Source: a bacterium
Lineage (GTDB): Bacteria; Patescibacteriota; Minisyncoccia; Phycocordibacterales; UBA6899
NCBI GenBank assembly: GCA_043744555.1
Contig: JAYTUL010000042.1
Coordinates: 5,854-69,853, forward strand
Direction: 5' to 3'
Length of the DNA stretch: 64,000 nucleotides
The notes under the pieces were generated by a model. That model made no database searches, had not been told where the DNA came from, and worked only from the letters and a program-made list of their open reading frames with translations. The position numbers and the translations under genes were made by a program. Below, piece after piece: positions 56,224-64,000 of the stretch; position 1 is the first letter of the stretch; each line of letters starts with the position of its first letter.

Positions 56224-56949
56224 TCATTTTAAAAGTGTAACACGCAACAGGTAGGATAATATTGCTCACTATTCTCTCGTTTGAGCTAGAACTCGTTATG
56301 GCTAATAAAAACTGTTACCAAGCGCATGTTTAGCGGTACATTCAAGCTTCAAATGCAACACTCCATACTTCAAATTGGGCTCTCTGTCTTAGAGTATTAG
56401 TCCTCTCATTGCTCGACTCTTAAAAAATATAGAGTGACACGAGGGCACTCTATATTATAGGGAATTTGGAATACTTAATGATATTTGATTGTTATGTTAT
56501 ATTTTTTGGCATAATAAAATCCCGCATCCAAAAATATGGAGGCGGGACGGATTCTTTAAAAGTTAGAAAAATAAACGTATACCATAGCCACAGTATATGC
56601 GGCATTACAAACAATCAGTCAAAGGCAGATCCAGTTACAAGCCTGAAACACAGGTCTGTTTTTTCAAATTCATGTTCGGTATTTGGACTCTTTTTTGCAG
56701 GCATCTTATACACAGGTGCAATATTAGAAATATTTGTTTAGAACTGACAAACTCCATCAACACAAGTTTTGCATGTCATTTCATTCCCCGAATCAAATTT
56801 AGCTTTGGGGACTATTTGAACACCATTATAAATTACCTCATCTATGAAAAGAAACGAAACTCGCAAACACTAGGTTTGAAGTTTTTGACTTTCACTCTCA
56901 CTGTGATGCCACAAAATGTTATAACCATCTCAAAATACCCTCGGTAAAA

Positions 56950-57000
56950 TAAAAAAATTTAGCTATATCTGCCGTTCGTTCGAGATAGCTAAATTTTTTT
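56950..57000. terminator. Bidirectional terminator (16-bp stem AAAAAAATTTAGCTAT / ATAGCTAAATTTTTTT)
   Basis: Perfect inverted repeat flanked by A and T runs, just downstream of the 57038-57331 minus-strand gene. Confidence 0.6.
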
Positions 57001-57037
57001 TATCGCACCAGCTACCTTGAGGTTGGCAAGATGTGTA

Positions 57038-57331
57038 TTAGTAATTAGTGGTTCCTTGAGATTCGGATGTAGGAGTCTGCGACTGTGGTGCGCGGTTTGT
57101 GGCGGGAGTCTCCGTTTGGGCTTGGCTCGGCAGCTCAACTCTAATATTTTGAGTCGAAGGCGTCACCTCTGTGTTTGCGGGTGCAGGAGCGTCGCTCTTT
57201 AGCACTGGAAGTCCGTATACAAGGAATAGTATAAGAATGATGATCGACATAGCTGCGATGATGCCGAGCACCAGATCAGAAGCCTCATCATCTCTGTGTG
57301 TAGTTGAGGGGTTATTTATGATCGTTGTCAT
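57038..57331 (-). CDS. Small membrane-anchored protein with a Thr/Pro/Gln-rich tail
   Basis: TM segment LVLGIIAAMSIIILILFLVYGL followed by a low-complexity tail. Confidence 0.4.
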   Translation of the reverse strand: MTTIINNPSTTHRDDEASDLVLGIIAAMSIIILILFLVYGLPVLKSDAPAPANTEVTPSTQNIRVELPSQAQTETPATNRAPQSQTPTSESQGTTNY

Positions 57332-57485
57332 AGAGTTAAAAGATTAATGAATAAAACTTATTTAAATATACATCTTGCACATGAAGAATCGCTGAAGCTA
57401 TTAGAGCTGCGCTCAATCGCGATTCATGTTGTGTACGTAAAATGAAAAGTGTCGAAAGATAACTTAAGAACTTTAATAGTCTCTT

Positions 57486-57602
57486 ATGAGACGAATATAC
57501 AACGAGAGCAAAGAGCAAGAATGGGAAAGCGATAAGTGTGCGAAGTGTATGCATGATCATGAGAGCGGTATAAAGTGCGCCGCGTGTGAATGCATGGGAT
57601 AG
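57486..57602 (+). CDS. Candidate 38-aa Cys4 zinc-ribbon mini-protein (MRRIYNESKEQEWESDKCAKCMHDHESGIKCAACECMG)
   Basis: CxxC...CxxC spacing, and a strong plus-strand terminator starts 28 nt downstream. It conflicts with the minus-strand ORF 57336-57653, whose start codon lies inside that terminator hairpin. Confidence 0.3.
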   Translation: MRRIYNESKEQEWESDKCAKCMHDHESGIKCAACECMG

Positions 57603-57630
57603 CAGACGGATGTGCCTAATCAAGATTGAA

Positions 57631-57658
57631 AATGACCCGCATATGCGGGTCATTTTTT
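57631..57658 (+). terminator. Rho-independent terminator (ATGACCCGCATATGCGGGTCAT + T6)
   Basis: 10-bp stem followed by a U-run on the plus strand. The A-run on the other side allows weaker bidirectional function. Confidence 0.6.
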
Positions 57659-57783
57659 ACTTCTTCTTTGCGGTGGCTTTTAGCTTCTTCTTTTCCTTCT
57701 TGATGTTGTTGTCACCTCGTCCCATATGTAGAAATTAATCTCTCTAATGAAATAATTATACCTCACGCCCCCATGATATAATA

Positions 57784-58668
57784 ATGCAAATGATCGAAAC
57801 ACCGTACGAAACTATTAGCGAAAAACGCATTACGCATGTACTCCAAGCCAAGTCCACGCTTGAAGGTGCTGGAGTGCACCTCCATCGCGGCTTTGGGCAC
57901 GCTGAAGTTCCTCTCTTCGACCCCTTTTTGCTTTTTGATGACTTCAGTGCAGATAATCCCAGAGACTACCTTCCCGGCTTTCCTTGGCATCCCCATAGAG
58001 GCATTGAGACGGTCACATACATTCTCGATGGAAATGTCCGTCACAAAGACTCTATAGGCAATAGTGGTGTTATTGGAAGTGGAGATATCCAGTGGATGAG
58101 TGCAGGCAGCGGTATCATTCACGAAGAAATGCCGGAAGGCACAGGAGGTATCAAGGGATTTCAATTGTGGGTAAATATTCCAAGGAAAGATAAGATGGCT
58201 CGTCCAAGCTATCAAGAGATAGGCAAAGGTCTTATTCCCGAAGTAACACTCGGAAAGCAGGCTAAGGCACTCGTAATTGCCGGAACAGTTGTGGGAGTGA
58301 GTGGCCCCGCTTCAGATATTATGACTGACCCACTGTACGTCGACATTACCCTTAAACGTGAGCAGCTTTTTAACTTTTCTGTAACTCATGGGTACACGAC
58401 ATTTATTTATATTATTGATGGCCATCTCGCAGGTGGTGTAGAGGGGAATGTTGCTCACTCCAAGGGCACGATTCTTTTATTTGATCGAGATGGGGATACG
58501 ATACTCTTGCGTGCGGGCTCAACTGATGCGCGATTCTTACTAGTGTCTGGTAAGCCGCTTGATGAACCCATTGCATGGCATGGTCCCATTGTTATGAACA
58601 CCAAGGAGGAACTTGTTGTGGCGTATGAAGAATTGCAGCGTGGCGAATTCATAAAAGCATTAAGCTAA
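57784..58668 (+). CDS. Pirin-family protein
   Basis: GFPWHPHRGIETVTYILDG gives the pirin N-terminal cupin metal site and bicupin length. TATAAT sits 6 nt upstream of the ATG. Confidence 0.9.
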   Translation: MQMIETPYETISEKRITHVLQAKSTLEGAGVHLHRGFGHAEVPLFDPFLLFDDFSADNPRDYLPGFPWHPHRGIETVTYILDGNVRHKDSIGNSGVIGSGDIQWMSAGSGIIHEEMPEGTGGIKGFQLWVNIPRKDKMARPSYQEIGKGLIPEVTLGKQAKALVIAGTVVGVSGPASDIMTDPLYVDITLKREQLFNFSVTHGYTTFIYIIDGHLAGGVEGNVAHSKGTILLFDRDGDTILLRAGSTDARFLLVSGKPLDEPIAWHGPIVMNTKEELVVAYEELQRGEFIKALS

Positions 58669-58977
58669 CTTGATGTTGATTTTTGGTCAGGATTTGTAGA
58701 AAATGAAGCAAGATGTTTTGAAGGAGTAAGAAGTGTCAGGCAATGAAGAAAGCATGCTCTTGCGAATGGTCCTAGTGCTCAAATGTGTCGTCATCGCAAG
58801 CGTGCTCACCATAATTAGCTCGCATTTTCCTCCCTCACGCCACCATATAGCCTACATAGGACTGGTTTTATATCCGGCATTTCTAACCCACGGCAGCAGC
58901 CACTTCGCGTGTCGGGTGTACAGACAAAGCCAAGATTGAGTATAATTACCACATCAATATTATTTAATCCTCATTTT

Positions 58978-59730
58978 ATGATCACTGCCGCCGCCGCAAT
59001 CGTCATGCTTTTTCTCTCGGGTTTTCGTATCGTTCAGCAATACGAACTCGGTGTCGTGTTCCGCTTTGGAAAGATCATCGGTACACGCGAGCCCGGACTC
59101 AATTGGGTCATACCTATGGTCGATATTCTCCGAAAGGTTGACCTGCGCGTGGTCACGCTTCCGGTGCCCGCACAAAAGATCATTACCAAAGATAATGTCT
59201 CTGTCGATATTTCTGCGGTCGCGTATTTCAAAATCGTCGACGCGGTGAAGAGTATTGTTGCTATCCAGAACGTGCATGATGCGATCAATCAGATCGCTCA
59301 GACATCACTTCGCAATATTGTTGGCAAGTTTCAGCTCGACGAGATCCTTTCTGAGCGTGAGATCATTAATGCTGAGATAACAAAGATCCTTGATACCTAC
59401 ACTGAGCAGTGGGGAGTGGTTGTGAGTGCGGTTGAGATCAAAGACATCGAGCTTCCTCCAGATATGCAGCGCGCTATCGCAAAGCAGGCAGAAGCCGAGC
59501 GAGAGAAGCGCGCGAAAGTTATTTCAGCAGAAGGAGAATTTCTCTCTGCACAGAAACTCGCTGACACTGCTGACATCATGATGGCTCACCCGATTGCGCT
59601 ACAGTTACGCAACTTGCAGACGTTGGCCGAAATAGCAACTGAGAAGAACTCAACGATCATCTTCCCTGCACAGCTGATGGGTACAATAAGTGACATCCAG
59701 CGTTTCATGGGCGAGGAAAAAGGAAGGTAG
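58978..59730 (+). CDS. SPFH/band-7 (stomatin/prohibitin-like) membrane protein
   Basis: [16 protein letters not shown]...[21 protein letters not shown]...[15 protein letters not shown]. Confidence 0.85.
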   Translation: MITAAAAIVMLFLSGFRIVQQYELGVVFRFGKIIGTREPGLNWVIPMVDILRKVDLRVVTLPVPAQKIITKDNVSVDISAVAYFKIVDAVKSIVAIQNVHDAINQIAQTSLRNIVGKFQLDEILSEREIINAEITKILDTYTEQWGVVVSAVEIKDIELPPDMQRAIAKQAEAEREKRAKVISAEGEFLSAQKLADTADIMMAHPIALQLRNLQTLAEIATEKNSTIIFPAQLMGTISDIQRFMGEEKGR

Positions 59731-59827
59731 ATACATAAAGTCGAGCTAAGAATAATTATCGGTCATCACTTTCTCTGAAATAGCTGACACAGAAACGCTC
59801 CAGCAATTGAGCGATTTTGTAGTGTGA

Positions 59828-60646
59828 TTATTTAATCAGCACACTGCGCATTGAGATTGAGCCATGCACAAGTCCCGTGATCGGAAAGCTTGCAACCTCA
59901 TCGACTTCTTGTAAGCCCAAAATGTAAAGCAGTGGCCAGTAATGATCAGGTGTGGGTATCGAAAGTAAAGCTGCATGCCCGAGTTTCTCGTAGTGTATAA
60001 GAGCGCCATGATTTCTGTCACCGATATATCCGCTCGCACTGTCATCGAATTCTTGTGCCCAGTCGAACGCTTTTGCATCTCCACTAAAGTCTATACGGCC
60101 AAGATTATGGACAATATTTCCGCTTCCGATGATAAGCACGCCCTTTTCACGCAATATCGTGAGTTGTTTGCCCAGTTCGTAGTGAAACTGCGATGGTTTA
60201 GAAATGTCGATGCTCATTTGAAATACAGGAATATCAGCTTTGGGGTACATGCGGTGGAGGACTATCCATGTGCCGTGGTCAATTCCCCAGTCAAGATCGT
60301 CTTCTACTTGCACACCGATAATCGTTTTCTTTGCGATCCCTGCATAGAATGGCGAACCCGGACATGGATAGTTGAGATCGTAAAGTTCTTTGGGGAAACC
60401 CAAGAAGTCATGTATTGTCTTCGGTTTTTGCGCCATGTGTACGAATGTTCCCTCAGTTAGCCAGTGAGCTGATATGGCAAGAATGGCCTGTGGATGGGGG
60501 ATGTCAGCGGCCATATTTTTCCAACCTAAAGTGAAAGAGTTGTCATCGATGCCGTTCATTGGGCTGCCATGACCGACAAATAGCACCGGCATGCGTGGGG
60601 TGAGCGGCAGTTCGTCTGTATTGTGTACGAATTCATTGATGGTCAT
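59828..60646 (-). CDS. Class III extradiol ring-cleavage dioxygenase (LigB/YgiD, 4,5-DOPA-dioxygenase-like)
   Basis: PVLFVGHGSPMN...AISAHW...DHGTW and family length. Confidence 0.8.
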   Translation of the reverse strand: MTINEFVHNTDELPLTPRMPVLFVGHGSPMNGIDDNSFTLGWKNMAADIPHPQAILAISAHWLTEGTFVHMAQKPKTIHDFLGFPKELYDLNYPCPGSPFYAGIAKKTIIGVQVEDDLDWGIDHGTWIVLHRMYPKADIPVFQMSIDISKPSQFHYELGKQLTILREKGVLIIGSGNIVHNLGRIDFSGDAKAFDWAQEFDDSASGYIGDRNHGALIHYEKLGHAALLSIPTPDHYWPLLYILGLQEVDEVASFPITGLVHGSISMRSVLIK

Positions 60647-61169
60647 ATCTCGAAGTATCGCATGCGTAACAATTATTTTCTATGAATCATCTAATTCAGA
60701 GCTAAAAGTGGATAACTTCGTAACACTATAGTCATGGAGCGTATATAATGAATATAATATTTTCGCATCATGCGTACTGCGTGTTCTACCTGAAATAGAT
60801 AAGCAAATAGTACGTAGTGTGTGAAATCCATCCCAAAAAATGGTTTCTCCCACACTGCAGCTCCTATGAGTCGAAATGAGTGCATGACGGAAAAAACGGC
60901 ATGTATAGAGTTTTGGATCAATCATCTTTCGTATCGAAACTGACCGAACCATCCTTTTTGCTACAACAACAAGAGAGAAGGGGAAGTGGAGAGATACAGA
61001 GGAGCTATTTCTTTTGGGCTTGTCGGAAAAATGTTTGAGAACACAAGAAGCGATGGATATGATCTAACAATTTTCATATCCTGCCAAATCGCCGCTTTTG
61101 AGATGGGTATTATGTAGATACACATCAAAAAGGGTGCATGTTCATCGAAAGATGGCGCCAAGCAAAATA

Positions 61170-61206
61170 TAAAACCGCATTGTAGGCACAATGCGGTTTT
61201 ATATTT
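61170..61206. terminator. Bidirectional terminator (ACCGCATTGT-AGGC-ACAATGCGGT flanked by A and T runs)
   Basis: Perfect 10-bp stem with T-runs on both strands. Confidence 0.6.
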
Positions 61207-61234
61207 TAAAAAATTCAAATGTTTAATCAAAAAG

Positions 61235-61342
61235 TTATTCAATTGTGAACAAGTAAATGGTAATGATGACGGTGATTGCGGTAGCGAAATGCCATCCAAG
61301 GACCAGAGGAGAATTAACAAAGAATTGAAACAAGGTGTACAT
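61235..61342 (-). CDS. Candidate 35-aa hydrophobic mini-protein (MYTLFQFFVNSPLVLGWHFATAITVIITIYLFTIE)
   Basis: Strong SD GGAGGGGG immediately upstream and the terminator at 61170-61206 immediately downstream. An alternative frame gives the 136-aa ORF 60961-61371. Confidence 0.3.
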   Translation of the reverse strand: MYTLFQFFVNSPLVLGWHFATAITVIITIYLFTIE

Positions 61343-61391
61343 ACCCCCTCCATAGGTGAAACCGTATTCACGCTAACGCCGAAGCAAAGAT

Positions 61392-62456
61392 TTGCAAATG
61401 CTGAGATTGAGGGTGCACAATGAAGTAATTCTTAATCTCAGCTATAATGCCTTGGTGAACAAGAATATTTTCATATTTTCATTTATGTTTCTTGCCGCTT
61501 CTGCCATGTTGGGTTTTTTCTTAGGATATTATTTGGCAAAAGGTGACTACGACAAACAGATCTCATCTGCAGGCCCACTTCGCGAGGGGATGTCAGGTCA
61601 TAAGTTCATCAACCCGCTTCTTGCCTGCAATCTCCCAGAGGCCAAAAACGTTGATGAATATACAGGTCTTGAAAAAAATCTCAACGCAATGATCGAACAA
61701 AAGAAGTCAGAACACGCAGTTAACGCTGTTTCGCTCTACCTTATTCGCAACGGATTATGGGTAGGAATCAACGAAAATGTGAAGTATGAACCTGCAAGCA
61801 TGCTCAAGGTAGTTCTCATGATCGCATATTTAAAACAAAAAGAGACGCATCCCGACCTTTTTTCACAAAAGTTACTCTACACTCCGGAAATTAAACACAT
61901 TTCTGACCAGATACCTTTTCAGGCGAGTTCATCATTTGTGGTAAGTAATAGGTATTCTGTCGATGAGTTGATAAATAAAATGATTATTGATTCTGACAAT
62001 ACGGCTATGTATACGCTCCTTTCAAGTATCAATGAGAATTCATTGAATGATGTGTATACCGATCTGGGTATCTCAACCCCGGACAATATGGGAGTCTATA
62101 AAATATCCGCGAAGTCTTATTCGCTGTTTTTTCGCATACTTTATAATGCCACCTATCTTAATCGCGAGGATTCTGAATTTGCTCTGGCTTTATTGTCGAA
62201 AGCTCACTTCGAAGATGGAATTGTTGCCGGTCTTCCTAAAGACACCTTGGTTTCGCATAAATATGGAGAAAGAGCCCTGTCAGCACCTGACGGAAGCATT
62301 TCAGGGGTTGAGCTCCATGATTGTGGCTTCATATACCCGCCAAGCGGAGATAAGCCATATTTTTTATGCGTTATGACCGAGGGAGATACCCCAGAGGGCG
62401 TGAAGGGAGCCATAAGTGCAATTTCTTCCTATGTGTATGGTCAGCTGGTGAAATAA
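61392..62456 (+). CDS. Serine hydrolase of the class-A beta-lactamase / DD-peptidase fold (membrane anchored)
   Basis: SxxK (PASMLKV), SDN (IIDSDNTAM) and a KTG-like HKYGE, with an N-terminal TM helix. Confidence 0.7.
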   Translation: MQMLRLRVHNEVILNLSYNALVNKNIFIFSFMFLAASAMLGFFLGYYLAKGDYDKQISSAGPLREGMSGHKFINPLLACNLPEAKNVDEYTGLEKNLNAMIEQKKSEHAVNAVSLYLIRNGLWVGINENVKYEPASMLKVVLMIAYLKQKETHPDLFSQKLLYTPEIKHISDQIPFQASSSFVVSNRYSVDELINKMIIDSDNTAMYTLLSSINENSLNDVYTDLGISTPDNMGVYKISAKSYSLFFRILYNATYLNREDSEFALALLSKAHFEDGIVAGLPKDTLVSHKYGERALSAPDGSISGVELHDCGFIYPPSGDKPYFLCVMTEGDTPEGVKGAISAISSYVYGQLVK

Positions 62457-62783
62457 AATTTGTAACCTTATAGTGATGACCTCCCAAGATCGATATTTGA
62501 CTTTATTTTCGTCTTCGCATAGTATTGCAACCAAGGTAATTCAATAGTTTTTTCAACTACGCCGTGGGAGGATCAGGGGTGTGAGTGTGAGGCATTTTGG
62601 GAACCCGTCAGACGGGAGCCTCACACGCAAGACCTTTAGAGGTTTTTTCTGAAAAACCCAAAAGGTATACTGCTCCTGTAAGGAGCCGGTATCCAAGGCG
62701 TGAGGAGAAGTTATCTGGGGAACCGCACAGCGGAAACCTAGAAATACTATTAAAAATCCTAAATAAAATCGAATTAACGACAT

Positions 62784-63131
62784 ATGACACGATCACTCAA
62801 AAAAGGACCATACGTATACGAGAAACTCCTCAAGAAGATAGAGGGGAAGAAACCTGACGCAGCCGGAGTCATCAAGACATGGGCACGCGCATCACAGATC
62901 GCGCCTGAGATGGTCGGATACACATACGGAGTCCATAACGGAAAAGATTTTATTGAGGTCAAGGTAACCGAAGACATGGTAGGTCATCGCCTTGGAGAAT
63001 TCTCACTAACTCGCAAATTCCATCGCCATGGAGGAAAAATGCAAAAGGATCTTGAAACAAAACAAAAACAAGCCGAGATTGATTCAGCCAAATCAGCGAA
63101 AGCAGCTTCTGAGGGAGCGAAGAAAAAATAA
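62784..63131 (+). CDS. rpsS: 30S ribosomal protein S19 with a Lys/Ala-rich C-terminal extension
   Basis: [16 protein letters not shown]...[18 protein letters not shown], then a tail of about 25 aa. Confidence 0.95.
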   Translation: MTRSLKKGPYVYEKLLKKIEGKKPDAAGVIKTWARASQIAPEMVGYTYGVHNGKDFIEVKVTEDMVGHRLGEFSLTRKFHRHGGKMQKDLETKQKQAEIDSAKSAKAASEGAKKK

Positions 63132-63155
63132 ACCCTAAATTAAACTACAGCCAAC

Positions 63156-63620
63156 ATGCAAGCAACCGCCAAATTATCTGACTATAGACAAGCACCTCGC
63201 AAGGTACGCCTTGTGGCAGATCTCGTGCGCGGAAAGACTGTTGAGAATGCTTTACTTGAGCTCAATTTTCGTGCGAAGCGCGCCGCTCCTGTTTTTGCAA
63301 AGCTCATACAGTCAGCCGTCGCAAATGCTAAGGCTCAAGGTATCGATATCGCGACCCTTATCGTAAAAGAAATTCGTGTTGATAAGGGCGCGATTCTTAA
63401 GCGTAACCGCCCTCGTGCACAAGGTCGCGCATTCCCAATTCACAAGCATACAAGCCATATTATGCTTACTCTTACCGATGACCCCGTTGCCAAGAGAGGA
63501 AAGGCGAAGAAGCTCGCAAATATGACAAAAGAGGTAAAGCTTGAAGCAAGCTCTGAAGTAAAGTCGAAGACCACCGCGATAAAGAAGCCTGCAAAGAAGA
63601 TAGTCACAAAAACAAAATAA
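63156..63620 (+). CDS. rplV: 50S ribosomal protein L22 with a C-terminal extension
   Basis: KLSDYRQAPRKVRLVADLVRGKTVENALLEL...RAQGRAFPIHKHTSHIMLTLTD, then a K-rich tail. Confidence 0.95.
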   Translation: MQATAKLSDYRQAPRKVRLVADLVRGKTVENALLELNFRAKRAAPVFAKLIQSAVANAKAQGIDIATLIVKEIRVDKGAILKRNRPRAQGRAFPIHKHTSHIMLTLTDDPVAKRGKAKKLANMTKEVKLEASSEVKSKTTAIKKPAKKIVTKTK

Positions 63621-63649
63621 TTAACTCAATTTAAAAGAAATTCCACGTT

Positions 63650-64000
63650 ATGTCTCATCATGTCCATCCATATGCTCACCGTTTAGGAATCCTTCGTGAC
63701 TGGAAGTCGCGCTGGTTTGCTGATAGCGGAATGTACCAAGAGTATTTGAAGGGCGACATCCTTTTGCGTGACTACTTGGTCAAGCGCCTCCGCGGTATGC
63801 ATGTTGCTGATATTGAAATGGAGCGCAATGACAAGATGTGGAAAGTGGTCGTTAAGACTGCACGCCCAGGACTTATCATCGGCCGCAGTGGTGAGGGTGC
63901 AACAAAGCTTCGCGCTGAAGTAGTATCTCGCCTAGCGCGCTGGAAGATAAAGACCCCAAAGGAATTTCGTATTGATATTGAAGAAGTACGCAATCCAGAA
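63650..64000 (+). CDS. rpsC: 30S ribosomal protein S3, N-terminal part (continues past the window end)
   Basis: MSHHVHPYAHRLGILRDWKSRWFA...KVVVKTARPGLIIGRSGEG gives the KH domain. Confidence 0.9.
   Translation, partial: MSHHVHPYAHRLGILRDWKSRWFADSGMYQEYLKGDILLRDYLVKRLRGMHVADIEMERNDKMWKVVVKTARPGLIIGRSGEGATKLRAEVVSRLARWKIKTPKEFRIDIEEVRNPE

Noticed and set aside
57336-57653. 105-aa minus-strand ORF
   Set aside because: Its start codon lies inside the stem of the 57631-57658 terminator hairpin and its composition is atypical. It is probably spurious and is retained only as an alternative to the Cys4 micro-ORF.
1-64000. CRISPR arrays, rRNA genes, transposases/integrases, prophage genes, toxin-antitoxin or restriction-modification systems
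   Set aside because: No regularly spaced direct repeats of 24 nt or more, no rRNA-like segments, no DDE, tyrosine or serine recombinase motifs, and no recognisable defence gene signatures were seen on either strand.

Overview
The window appears to come from a small, streamlined bacterial genome with standard genetic code and about 45% GC. Gene content makes a Patescibacteria/CPR-like lineage plausible, but this is inference only: type-2 'HYGH' IleRS, alpha2-type GlyRS, rplK not followed by rplA, many small hypothetical envelope proteins and several decayed genes. Housekeeping genes include clpB, murD, glmS, secE-nusG-rplK, dCMP deaminase, a dNMP-kinase-like gene, tmk, argS, ileS, recO, glyQS and rpsS-rplV-rpsC. 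The accessory and envelope content includes two paralogous ECF sigma factors, each next to a membrane protein and a convergent DUF1003-like gene, and two paralogous Cys/His-repeat exported proteins. It also holds an OmpR/HK two-component system divergently transcribed from a flavin-based extracytosolic electron-transfer module: an FMN-binding protein, an ApbE flavin transferase, an RnfD/NqrB-like membrane domain fused to an NqrF/FNR-like reductase, and an FAD-linked oxidase. Other accessory genes are Zur-ZIP, MscL, DedA, an L,D-transpeptidase fused to a PBP5-like domain, pirin, an SPFH protein and a LigB-type dioxygenase. The most unusual item is an in-frame insertion of about 200 aa of a histidine-phosphatase (phosphoglycerate-mutase-like) domain inside the catalytic core of IleRS, plus a second Ser/Pro-rich insertion in its anticodon-binding region. 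I found no CRISPR array, rRNA, tRNA or obvious mobile element. Several gene remnants indicate ongoing gene decay: a response regulator with two frameshifts, a PiT C-terminal fragment, an alpha/beta-hydrolase fragment and a half-MFS. Non-coding observations include a DnaA-box cluster, a perfect 28-bp palindrome, an 81-bp inverted-repeat element, a repeat shared by two ribosomal-locus intergenic regions, and strong hairpins immediately upstream of both sigma genes.
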